From positions 165,726 to 229,725 of the forward strand of contig NIVC01001855.1 of NCBI GenBank assembly GCA_002269645.1: a stretch of DNA of 64,000 bases, read 5' to 3'. Below are positions 38,524 through 49,460 of this stretch, in pieces; the first letter of the stretch is position 1; every line of letters starts with the position of its first letter. The notes beneath the pieces are model-generated. The model worked only from the letters and a program-made list of their open reading frames with translations, was not told the DNA's origin and searched no databases. Origin of the DNA: Macrostomum lignano. Its lineage: Eukaryota. A program made the translations under genes and the position numbers.

Positions 38524-39848
38524 TATGTAGAAAACCGTGTATGCGGAGAGCATTGTCTTCAAAATATTGAGTAGTTGGATATTAAGACTTTAGACAAAGA
38601 AAGGTTTATTTTAGTGATGCACATAGCGAACAAGTCTGCAACTGCAGCTAAACTGTCAAACCACAGTGTGCTCAATCAGATGTTTTCACGGGCCAGGAAG
38701 CGCAGTGCATGAGCAAAATCAGGCAACCGTGATGACATCCACGCTTGACTCCGCGATTCTCTGCAGCATCATGGAATACCAATTCTGTAGGTTAATTTAG
38801 TCTGGTGGACTCTTTTAGCTCCATTTGCACGGCGGGGATGGCTTGCCTGAATTTAATTGTTCTGTGTCTTACATTCAATGCTGTCTGTGCTTGTGCCACA
38901 GACCATAGACGGTGTTTTTTTACCATAAATCAAAGTAGAAAGATTGGTTAAATAAAGCGTTTTGCAAGCTTTTTGATACTACGAGCAAGTATTGTAATAA
39001 TCGGTGGGGAAACCCAGGGCTAACAGTTAGAAAGACTTTGAAGAAAGATGAATAGAAGAACAAGATCAAGCAGCACATGGCTCCTACGACAAGATAAGCA
39101 AAATTTGAGATCTGCTTTCGCTAATTTTCTGTCCTATCAGTTTTCGATTTGATTTGCTCAGTTTTGCTCTGTTTTCTTTCTTCAACTGTTTGTGCTTTAT
39201 TACATTGTCTCCCCTAATACAGTGTTTAAATTCGACACCAGTGACACTGGAAATGACTAAATGAGTGCTCGGATTATAAAATTGGTTGCTCCCAAGCCCA
39301 TAGTTTGGACCATAGAGTACTGAGAAATCGACCTGTTAGCGCTGGGATTTCCCACTGATCATTAAATTGCTTGCTCGTTGTATCAAATGGCTTGCAAGAA
39401 GCCATACCATCTATAAACCCACTCCATTCCGTTGAATAATTGTATTTTAGCTACATTTAACTATTACACAGCTAAATTAATTGTCAGAAAGCCTATTTGT
39501 GGCCGTTACAACGGAAATATGGAAGGAAGCAGACTATAGGCACATCTAATTCACTGGCGTCAGAAGTGGCAACTGGGTGTTAGAGAGTTCATGAGAGAAG
39601 CACCGTTCAAGTCCAGGCAAGCCTAGCCTATTTTAACTGTAATTTCTTGCAGAGCACTCTCATCTTTTTTCTAAGTTTAAATTTCAGCAGCCAAGTAAAT
39701 GAGGTAGAGAAGTTTTAGGCTACAAAGCACAAACTACAAGCAGACTCAGCGCGTGCTTGTACTGTCTGTTATAGAAAATAAAGAAACCATCCCAGAGCTG
39801 GCGCAGCAGAAGCGAAACTGGGTAATTCATCTCAGATCCAAGGGTATA

Positions 39849-40079
39849 TTATTCATCCACTCTAGCTTGCAGCGCAGTTTTCACTGAGCACACACTTGTC
39901 CGTTTTTTATTATAATATAAATAGTAGACGCCAATAACCCCGACTGCTAAGCAAACTAAATAGACAGTTGGCTTGACTTGGAAGAGTGTGAATCGACTCC
40001 TATAGTTCGCGAAGTCTTGGCTGCGCAACAATTCGTATTTGTGTATATTAAACTGCTTTCTGCCTTGTAAGTTGTACAA
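39849..40079 (-). CDS. Possible small single-pass membrane protein exon
   Basis: Non-repetitive ORF with a hydrophobic stretch VYLVCLAVGVIGVYYLYY followed by basic NKKR. There is no true ATG and splice sites were not resolved. Confidence 0.3.
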   Translation of the reverse strand: MYNLQGRKQFNIHKYELLRSQDFANYRSRFTLFQVKPTVYLVCLAVGVIGVYYLYYNKKRTSVCSVKTALQARVDE

Positions 40080-40194
40080 TTTGTTCGGTTTAAACCATTT
40101 TTGACTGCACTGGGTTACTCGTTTGTATCAGTGTTTCGTTCAGTAGTTCAGTCTTTTTGGTAGGTTAGTATTTCTCTAGGTTATCTTAGTGCTT

Positions 40195-40680
40195 CGTTTG
40201 GTAGATCAGCTGTTATTTTGGTAGGTTGTGCTTCGTTCGGTAGCTTAGTGGTTATTTTGGTAGGTTAAGTGCTTCGTTCGGTAGCTTAGTGGTTATTTTG
40301 GTAGGTTAAGTGCTTCGTTCGGTAGCTTAGTGGTTATTTTGGTAGGTTAAGTGCTTCGTTCGGTAGCTCAGTGGTTATTTTGGTAGGTTAAGTGCTTCGT
40401 TATCTAGCTCAGCGGTTATTTTGGTAGGCTAAGTGCTTCGTTCGGTAGGTGAGTGGTTATTTTGGTAGGCTAAGTGCTTCGTTCGGTAGGTGAGTGGTTA
40501 TTTTGGTAGGTTAAGTGCTTCGTTCGGTAGGTGAGTGGTTATTTAGGTAGGTTAAGTGCTTCGTTCGGTAGGTGAGTGGTTATTTTGGTAGGTTAAGTGC
40601 TTCGTTCAGTAGGTGAGTGGTTATTTTGGTAGGTTAAGTGCTTCGTTCGGTAGGTCAGTTGTTATTTTGGTAGGTTAAGT
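40195..40680. repeat. 41-bp minisatellite (TTTTGGTAGGTTAAGTGCTTCGTTCGGTAGCTTAGTGGTTA)
   Basis: About 11 copies; later units carry AGGTGAGT. Confidence 0.93.
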
Positions 40681-40802
40681 GCGTCTCTTGGCAGTTCATT
40701 CGTTTTTATAGTCGATTAGTGCTTCTGTCGGTCTTTGGTTCCCTGGCTTTTGGTAGGTTTGCGAACTTTAGCAAATCATTTCGGCTGGCAAATCACTCCT
40801 AA

Positions 40803-41294
40803 ATGACAACGCTTTACAGCCGCGCAATGACATCATCAACAGATAGTTACCATGACAACAGCCAGTTAGTAGTGCGAATTCCCACTGTATCGGAGTCAGC
40901 AGAGATCCAAACTACAGCAGAGACTCTAACTACAGAGGAAAGTACTCTTGAACGGACATTAACCAGACACTACTTGGAACAACTGAATAGCAGTGACAGT
41001 GAGGAATTTAACGATAAAAATGAAGGCAGCGTCAGTAGAGACAGCGGCGATAGTCGAAGGCAACAAAGAAAACCACGCAGACGTTCTCGTCGGAAAAGTC
41101 AACAAAGACGAACAACAACAACTAATGGGCAAAGTGACCAAATTTCGGCTACTAATACTACTGCAAACGGACAAAGGCTGCAGCCATTTGAAGATACCAG
41201 AAAGCCAAGAGTTGCAACAGCTCGTCTAGCGAGACAGGTATTGGAGCCGGGATTATTGCCCAGCAACTGCGATCTCAATACAGTAGCACCGGCG
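40803..41294 (+). CDS. Unknown protein exon 1 (Ser/Thr/acidic-rich, basic RRQQRKPRRRSRRK cluster)
   Basis: ATG directly after an in-frame TAA; 164 open codons in unique sequence; strong donor GCG|GTAAGT at 41295, phase 0. Confidence 0.55.
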
Positions 41295-41504
41295 GTAAGT
41301 TTCTTAAGGATGACTGTGCATTTGAAGGTGATAGAAAGTCAGACCTATGAACTATATTATATTTCCACTAAAGGGCTAGAATAGAAGCATCCTTTGTAAC
41401 TTTGCTCAAATAATTTAAAATAATAACTAGAGTACAGGTACGAGCCGTAGTGTTTCTATGCTTAGTTTTGTTTTAAATCATTCTATCGCATAGCTCTCTA
41501 CTCT

Positions 41505-41960
41505 CCTTTCCACCCTCTTTCTCTCCTCCCCACCCTCTTTCTCTCCTCCCCACCCTCTTTCTCTCCTCCCCACCCTCTTTCTCTCCTCCCCACCCTCTTT
41601 CTCTCCTCCTCACCCTCTTTCTCTCCTCCTCACCCTCTTTCTCTCCTCCTCACCCTCTTTCTCTCCTCCCCACCCTCTTTCTCTCCTCCCCACCCTCTTT
41701 CTCTCCTCCCCACCCTCTTTCTCTCCTCCCCACCCTCTTTCTCTCCTCCCCACCCTCTTTCTCTCCTCCCCACCCTCTTTCTCTCCTCCCCACCCTCTTT
41801 CTCTCCTCCTCACCCTCTTTCTCTCCTCCTCACCCTCTTTCTCTCCTCCCCACCCTCTTTCTCTCCTCCTCACCCTCTTTCTCTCCTCCTCACCCTCTTT
41901 CTCTCCTCCCCACCCTCTTTCTCTCCTCCCCACCCTCTTTCTCTACTCCCCACCCTCTTT
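41505..41960. repeat. 20-bp pyrimidine minisatellite (CTCTTTCTCTCCTCCCCACC), intronic
   Basis: About 22 copies. Confidence 0.96.
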
Positions 41961-42302
41961 AGCCTTAAGTTTCAGTAATACAATTGTGTGCAAACACGTC
42001 ATACATAATTTCAATAGTAGTAGCGATGGAGTATTGCAACCAAAAATAAAACTTTTGATAATCCGTTTAATCCTAGTGAGCTAGCTAAAAAGTACAATAA
42101 AATCTGTAGAAGGAACACTATATATTTCAAATATTAGTCCTGTTCAAATAGGTTGTTTTTAGAATTTACAAAACAACAAAATATTCGTTGTTTATTATTC
42201 GTTATTTATTAAAAAAATTTTTTTTTAATTTATTGTAATTTTTCAACTGCCACCGCCTATATTAAGATTGGAAAATAACCAACTCCCCCCGTAAACTACC
42301 AG

Positions 42303-42494
42303 CCCGGATATTTTCTGCTAGCGCCGCGACTTGGCGAGCGCGGCCTGCTGGAGTGGCGGCGCCGGCTGTGGCTGCAGCGGCAGGCAACGGCGGCCGAATC
42401 GGCAGCCGAATTGGCAAAGCAGGCCAACGAGAGCACCATACATGCGCAACTGCTGGCCGACCTGGCCGATCCGGCCACCGTAAATCGTGGCTGA
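42303..42494 (+). CDS. Unknown protein exon 2 (putative last coding exon)
   Basis: Phase-0 acceptor TACCAG|CCC; GC-rich PGYFLLAPRLGERGLLEWRRRLWLQRQ...VNRG*. Gives 227 aa when joined to exon 1. Confidence 0.5.
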   Translation, partial: PGYFLLAPRLGERGLLEWRRRLWLQRQATAAESAAELAKQANESTIHAQLLADLADPATVNRG

Positions 42495-42644
42495 CCAGGG
42501 GTAAGTCGCAAAATTGAGTCAACCAAAAACAGAAAAACACAAGAACCAAGAAAGGCAAGAGGAAAGCGAAAGAAAGTGCAGTTCAGGGAAAATGGTGAAG
42601 CAAAAGAAAAACTATTCGCAAAAGAAGCAAACTAAGTTGTAAAA

Positions 42645-43380
42645 ATAATCAGGTAAGTCGCAAAAAGGATCAGGTAAGTCGCAAAAGAAGCAAACTAAGT
42701 CGCAAAAAGGATTAGGTAAGTCGCAAAAGGGTTAGGTAAGTCGCAAAAGGGTTAGGTAAGTCGCAAAAGGGTTAGGTAAGTCGCAAAAAGGATCAGGTAA
42801 GTCGCAAAAAGGATCAGGTAAGTCGCAACAAGAATCAGGTAAGTCGCAAAAGGATCAGCTAAGTCGCAAAAGGATTAGGTAAGTCGCAAAAAGGATTAGG
42901 TAAGTCGCAAAAAGGATTAGGTAAGTCGCAAAAAGAATCAGGTAAGTCGCAAAAGGATCAGCTAAGTCGCAAAAGGATTAGGTAAGTCGCAAAAGGATCA
43001 GCTAAGTCGCAAAAGGATTAGGTAAGTCGCAAAAGGGTTAGGTAAGTCGCAAAAGGATTAGGTAAGTCGCAAAAGGGTTAGGTAAGTCGCAAAAGGATTA
43101 GGTAAGTCGCAAAAAGGATTAGGTAAGTCGCAAAAAGGATTAGGTAAGTCGCAAAAAGGATTAGGTAAGTCGCAAAAAGAATCAGGTAAGTCGCAAAAGG
43201 GTTAGGTAAGTCGCAAAAGGATTAGGTAAGTCGCAAAAGGGTTAGGTAAGTCGCAAAAGGATTAGGTAAGTCGCAAAAGGGTTAGGTAAGTCGCAAAAGG
43301 ATTAGGTAAGTCGCAAAAAGGATTAGGTAAGTCGCAAAAAGGATTAGGTAAGTCGCAAAAAGAAGCAACTAAGTCGCAAT
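42645..43380. repeat. 20-21-bp minisatellite (AGGTAAGTCGCAAAAGGATT)
   Basis: About 35 units; most contain AGGTAAGT. Confidence 0.96.
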
Positions 43381-43537
43381 AAGAGGGAAGTAAGTCACAA
43401 TCAGAGGCAATCAGGGGGTAGTAGGTGCAAGTGTGGCAGGAGAGCAAAAACAGAATAGAAGCCTTCAACCACAGACAAGATCTTTGAAATCAGAAGCCCG
43501 CGTCCACAGTTTCCCATTGATTTCTTAAACTCTGGAG

Positions 43538-43590
43538 CAGGGGTTGGCAAACTCCGGCTCGCGAAGCCCCTCTATCTGGCCCTCGCCCCT
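43538..43590 (+). mobile_element. hAT/Charlie-like transposon left end
   Basis: CAGGGGTTGGCAAACTCCGGCTCGCG resembles MER58/Charlie-type termini as I recall them; no matching right end found. Confidence 0.45.
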
Positions 43591-43639
43591 CGGGTTCTTT
43601 GAAACTTCCTAACCAGCAAGGTTGGTGTCTCTTCAATTC

Positions 43640-44320
43640 TCATCTCTCTCTTCTTCTCTACCTTGCCTCCCCTCTTCTCTCTCTCCCCCTTTCCCTCTTC
43701 TCTCTCCTCTCATTTTTACTCTCCTCTCTTCTCCCCCTTTCTCTCTACCCTTTCTCCTCAATGCCCTCTTCTCTCCTCTTATCTTCAGCAAAAATATGTG
43801 CATATTTTCTTACTTCAAAGTAAAGGGAATAGAAGATTAGAGATAAGCAAACAGAGAGGCGAGCGATGCGATGGGAGAAAAGATTGAAGAGGAGAGAAAA
43901 GCTGAGGGAGGAAAAAGAGATGAGAGAGAAGAGGAGATGAGAGGAAAGAGGAAAGAAAAGATGATGGATGAGATCAGAAGAGAGGAAAGAGGAAAGAGGA
44001 AAGAGGAGAGAGTAGATGAGAGAAGAGAGGATAAAGAGGAGATGAGAGGAGAGTGAAGAGAGGAGAGATGAGAGAGTAGAAAAGAGAGATAAGATGAGAG
44101 AGTAGAGTGGAGAGAGACGAGAGGGAAGATAAGATGAGAGAGTAGAGTGGAATGGAGAGACGAGAGGAGATAAGAATGTAGAGAGGAGACAGAAGAGATA
44201 GGAGAGGAGAGGAAAGAGAGTAGAGAGGAGAGGAAAGAGAGGAGAGAGGAGAGGAAAGAGAGAAGGGACAAGGGATGAGAGAGAAAAGAAAAAGAGGATG
44301 AGAAGATTGAGGAATGGAGA
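43640..44320. repeat. Low-complexity CT-rich tract (43640-43785) and GA-rich tract (43885-44320)
   Basis: Direct read. Confidence 0.85.
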
Positions 44321-44745
44321 GAATTTGCAAAGGCCTCAAATCTTAGTTTAACATGCATTACTCCCATCTTTGCCTTTTCCTAACTGTTAACAAGTTTTTG
44401 TTTGAGCATGACTTCAAATTTAGAATCTATGCAAAAATAGTTCCGGGAATTAGAATTCAGTGGTTTAAAAATCTGTGGGTTTTCACAGCTTGTATCTCTA
44501 CTGGATTCGTATTCTGCATCTGATGAGCCATCTGAATTAGGGCTCTCATCTTCCATGCCAAATCGTCTAGCAAATCGTTCTTGAGCTATAGGTCACACTG
44601 TATTCACTTCACTTACTTCTGGACATTCATGAATCATGACTTTTGTAGTATGCTCACTACACTGTACTGACAATTTACTAATTGCTTCATGCCGCCACTA
44701 GATGACACTGATTAGCTGTTATAAAAACGCGGAATCTGCACGCAG

Positions 44746-44809
44746 CACTAATTAGCTGGCGAGGCATTTAGCTTTAAAAATATGGTCATAGTTACTCCTG
44801 CCGTTTACC
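44746..44809 (-). pseudogene. Decayed fragment of eukaryotic 28S rRNA (helix 69-71 region)
   Basis: Minus strand GGTAAACGGCAGGAGTAACTATGACCATATTTTTAAAGCTAAATGCCTCGCCAGCTAATTAGTG versus remembered 28S GGTAAACGGCGGGAGTAACTATGACTCTCTTAAGGTAGCCAAATGCCTCGTCATCTAATTAGTG: 52/64 identical, ungapped, by hand. Confidence 0.75.
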
Positions 44810-45174
44810 TAAAGTTTTTGCTTGGCTCTTTCATAGGTAAGTCGCATTTTTTATCGAAAACTAAGTCGCACGGCCAGCGTAATTTCAGAAGTTGCGCATG
44901 TATGGAGAGCACTAACCAGCTGTGGCAGCTGACAGTTACTGGAGAGTGCTTCCAGCCGAGAATGCGTGAGACAGCTGAGACTGGGATGCATGAGGATAGC
45001 TGGCTTGGCTAAGACTTTGGGGGAATTGAAATGACAGGTAGATTAAGAAATTGAAAATAAAATAGGAAAGATGATACAAGACAAAAAAGTCCCGCAACTA
45101 CTGGAATTTTAATATAAGAGGGAGGTGGTGAGAAAACTTCTAGACTAGCTTTTAACACTGAATTTTGGTTATAA

Positions 45175-45375
45175 AAGACAGGCAGACAGACAGACACCAA
45201 GACAGGTAGACAGACATACAGACAGACACTAAGACAGACAGACAGACAGACGGACAGACAGACAGACCAGACAAACCAGACAGACAAACAGACAGACCAG
45301 ACAGACACTAAGACACTAAGACAGGTAGACAGACATACAGACACTAAGGCAGACAGAAAGACAGACAGACACTAG

Positions 45376-45410
<35 letters not shown>

Positions 45411-45590
45411 GGACAGACAGACAGACCAGACAAACCAGACAGACAAACAGACAGACCAGACAGACAAACAGACAGACCAGACAGACACTAAGACACTAAG
45501 ACAGGTAGACAGACATACAGACACTAAGGCAGACAGACAGACAGACAGACACTAGGACAGACAGACAGGAAGACAGACAGACAGACAGAA
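45175..45590. repeat. Degenerate (CAGA)n microsatellite with internal duplication
   Basis: Direct read. Confidence 0.9.
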
Positions 45591-47440
45591 AGTAGTAAGT
45601 TTTCTATTTTTTAGAAATTCGGAGAGCAGAAAAGAAGTTCATGAGAACAGTAGCAAAAAATGCCTCAGCCCTTCACAAAACAGCAGCCATAAAACTCCCC
45701 CAAAATCTTTGCATCGCCATTTTTTGAAAAATATTCTTTCCTCACCAGCAAACAGAATAGCCGACAAAAAACCCTTAGACCCCAAAACTAAAAGACCCGA
45801 GCCAGAAATCCACCAGAGTGAGCAAAGACAGCAGAAAAAGAAGCCAGCCGACTTTAGTTGAAAATTTCGGACGCAATTCAACTCAGCCAAGTCGTGCGGC
45901 CCATCCTAACTAAACTCTCCCTCACAGCATCCCCAAGCTGCCCCTAAGCCTCATCAGCTGGCAGCTAGGAAAGAAGCCGGGAGAAGATGGAGAAACCCCG
46001 GCAGCAGACCAGGAAGGCAGCAGGGAGAGAGGGGGACAAGACAGATCAGCCAGAGCGGAAGGAGGGAAAAGGAGAGGAAGGAGAGGATAGGAGGGAAGTC
46101 CAGCTTAGCGGCAGCAACGAAGCGAGCGAGCGAGAGAGAAAAAAGATGAAGAGTGAAACGAAGAAAAAACCGTTCAAGGAGAGTTGAGAGAGTTGAGCAG
46201 AGACCACGCGGAGACCGCGAGTGCAGAGGCGGGGAAAGAGAAAGAGAGATGAGGGGTTAGTGGCCAGCGTCAAGGAGGCTGGAGCTAGTCCTGGTCTGGT
46301 CCGCTCAGTCGCAGAATGAGAAGGGGGCGACAGACGACAGCAGAGCTGGGGACAGAGGAGACCTGCTAGCTTTGAAATCCCCTTCCCCCAACCCCTCTCA
46401 CCGTTCGCCTTCCCCGTCTGCCCCAACCGCCCCCTCTGCGCCCAACAGCTAAGAGCCTAGCTGGGTCACACGGATCAGGGCTAGAAATTTTCCTCACCTC
46501 TTCTATAAGTCTGTGAAGCTAGCTACGACCTATGGCTGGATCCCTGGACAGGGCCGCAATGCCAAGGCGATTTAGACCGAAGTGAGGGGAACGCAAACAG
46601 TGATAGCCCAAGTAGGCGGGCGGGGATAGAAATGGGAGCTGGGAAGTGTGAGAGAGAGAGAGAAGGGGAGTCGCGATAGACACGGACAGAGAAATAGAGG
46701 ACAAACCTCTACCCCATTTGCCGCCATAGCCCAGTCGCATGTACGCAGCACTATCTGAAGCACTAGCAGCACTAGCTAAAGGAAACAAAACGATAGCATT
46801 GTGAGGGATTGGGAAGGTCGCGGACTGGCGATGTTGTACACGCGGGAAACTGTCTGATGTACACAGGTCGGAAGGGGGAGCAAGAGAGGACTGAACTGCC
46901 CGCGCTTCTCCCCGCTCCAAGTCTCGTCCTATTCATCCCTTTCCCTTTTCTCCGCTCGTTCATCCGGTCTGCGTCCTCTCTCTCCGGGAGTAACATCTCC
47001 TTTCTCAACCACCTCACGGCCCAGACTCCGGAGCGGTCCTCTCCCAGGACAGCTAGACGGGAGCAGAGTCCAGAGCAAGCTCAAACTCTTGTTCATCCAC
47101 CGCCGTACCGCCCCAACCCTCCCAACCAGTCCAACCCCAACCACAAAATTCGATACTGAATTTCTCAATTCTCATATTTCTATCGAGTGCAGACCGGCAA
47201 CAGGAGTTTGACAGTAAAATTGGCGTTGCTGACACGGCTGGAAGCTTCCACAATCATCGCGGATACGCAGAGAAGCAACAAAGACAGCAGCAGGACGAGA
47301 AGGCGGATAAAGAAGCGAATTTAACGACAAGCTACAGAAGGAGAACCATGGCTTCTAGACCAGCAACTGCCGCAGTGAGCACAGGGTGAGTACACTGCAA
47401 AGTCGGTTTATAATTTTTCATTAAAGAGCTCCGCTTATAC

Positions 47441-48109
47441 ATGCAAAACAATCCCTGGACGCATCGCAGGCAAAAGTCGCATCCGCCGCAGCATCCAAGA
47501 AGAATGACACAACAGCAGCAGTCCAACAATGGTCACGCTTCAGACAGAAAGCTGCTCCGGTCGTTAAACTCGCATCCGCCAAGCAATGGCAACAAACTGA
47601 CCAGTTCGGCGCATTCTTTCAACCGGCCACGGTTCAGCCCGTACGCGCCGCCGCTCAGCAGCTCCATACCGATCACAGCCAGCCGCAGCGGTCGGACCCG
47701 TCACGCCACCGTGTCAGCAGACTCCGACATCACCGATCCGAGAATCTATCCAACTGAACAGTCGTCTAGTCGGGATCAACGCGAAGCCCAAGCCGCGGCA
47801 ATGTCGCGCAGCTACGATTGCGCATTCTTCTCGGCCGGCGCTTCGGCTAGGGGACACGGCCGACGCGGCGAGTTCATCATCCATCCGGAGTGGCTGAGCG
47901 AAAGTGTCAGCATAGAACGGCTGAGAATCAATGAGAGGCCATTTGTAATGCCGACTGGGTCCCAGCAGCAACAGCAGCTCGTGCTGCAACAGCAGCGCAG
48001 TGTGCCTAGCAACTGGCCAAAGCGCTGCAGAAGCGCCCCGCCGCCGCCGCAGCAGCAACGGGCGCAGAATCAGCACCAGACGAGCATCAATCCAATCACT
48101 TGGCAGTAG
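47441..48109 (+). CDS. Unknown low-complexity protein, 222 aa (possibly with a short upstream exon at 47348-47374)
   Basis: Unique GC-rich ORF with polyQ, RPRFSPY and a conserved-looking island RGEFIIHPEWLSE. AT-rich sequence follows the stop. Confidence 0.6.
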   Translation: MQNNPWTHRRQKSHPPQHPRRMTQQQQSNNGHASDRKLLRSLNSHPPSNGNKLTSSAHSFNRPRFSPYAPPLSSSIPITASRSGRTRHATVSADSDITDPRIYPTEQSSSRDQREAQAAAMSRSYDCAFFSAGASARGHGRRGEFIIHPEWLSESVSIERLRINERPFVMPTGSQQQQQLVLQQQRSVPSNWPKRCRSAPPPPQQQRAQNQHQTSINPITWQ

Positions 48110-48764
48110 GCTTGGCTGCGTATTTTATTTAAAACTGGAGCTTTTCTGTTAACTAAGAATTAACGCGCGCCCTTGAAATCGAATTTTTTTGTCGTTTTTT
48201 GTTTGTTTTCAAAGCAAACCGAAACCTTTATCCTATGCCGCCGCTTCGATGCCTCAAGATTTGCTATATTATTAATTTATGCTAATTAGCTTTGATTATT
48301 AGAGCTTATGCTAAATAAATCATCTTTGATTATTTAATACCGCACTTCCACCTTCTTTAAGAAGGGCTTTCCTAATAAATGCAATAATACATATTTATGA
48401 TCATTACTTCATAGACTGATAATTTGCTACTGTATGACTGTTCGCTTGAGAGCTTAAAAGCATTTGTGACAGTTGAATATGAAATTGGTTACAATGTACA
48501 ATTGTGCAATTGAAAATAAAATACCACAAGTATGTCTTTGTTGAGCTTACCTGAAACAAAAATGAGTACAAGTTAATGAATTTGAAGCCACGGAATCAGA
48601 AATTCATTTTTTGTTCTGGAATTAAAAAAACAAAAAATAGGATCATTTACATTGCTTTAATACTGATTTGCTTTAACTCCAACTACATTTAGTAGAATAG
48701 AGAGAATGGATTGCTAGTTAGGCTAACTTCAATGAAATATTTAAAAGAATTGTTAACCTAGCCT

Positions 48765-49460
48765 ACATGACTGAAGAAAGAGTGGATTGCTAATCTAGCC
48801 TACATGACTGAAGAAAGAGTGGATTGCTAATCTAGCCTACATGACTGAAGAAAGAGTGGATTGCTAATCTGGCCTACATGACTGATGAAGGAATCGAATG
48901 GATTGCTAATCTAGCCAACATCACTGATAAAGGAATAGAATGGATAGCTAATCTAGACAACAACACTGATGAAGGAATAGAATGGATTGCTAGTCTAGCC
49001 TGCATGACTGATGAAGGAGTAGAATGGATTGCTAATCTAGCCAACATGACTGATGAAGGAATAGAATGGATTGTTAGTCTAGCCTTCATGACTGATGAAG
49101 GAATAGAATGGATTGCTAATCTAGCCAACATCACTGATAAAGGAATAGAATGGATAGCTAATCTAGACAACAACACTGATGAAGGAATAGAATGGATAGC
49201 TAATCTAGACAACAACACTGATGAAGGAATAGAATGGATTGCAAGTCTAGCCTGCATGACTGATGAAGGAATAGAATGGATTGCTAATCTAGCCAACATC
49301 ACTGATAAAGGAATAGAATGGATAGCTAATCTATCCTACATGACTGATGAAGGAATAGAATGGATTGCTAATCTAGCCAAAATAACTGACAAAAGAAAAT
49401 AATGGATTGCTAATCTAGCCTACATCACTGATGAAGATACAGAATGGATTGCTAATCTGC
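48765..49460. repeat. 42-bp minisatellite (ACTGATGAAGGAATAGAATGGATTGCTAATCTAGCCAACATC)
   Basis: About 16 copies; source of ORFs 48874..49302 and 48878..49402. Confidence 0.93.

Noticed and set aside
43640-44320. CT tract and GA tract as a long inverted repeat or hairpin
   Set aside because: Complementarity is only compositional, with no extended exact stem.
48878-49402. ORF resembling leucine-rich repeats (TDEGIEWIANLANI)
   Set aside because: The 14-aa period is too short for an LRR, and the DNA unit is related to non-coding satellites elsewhere in the window.
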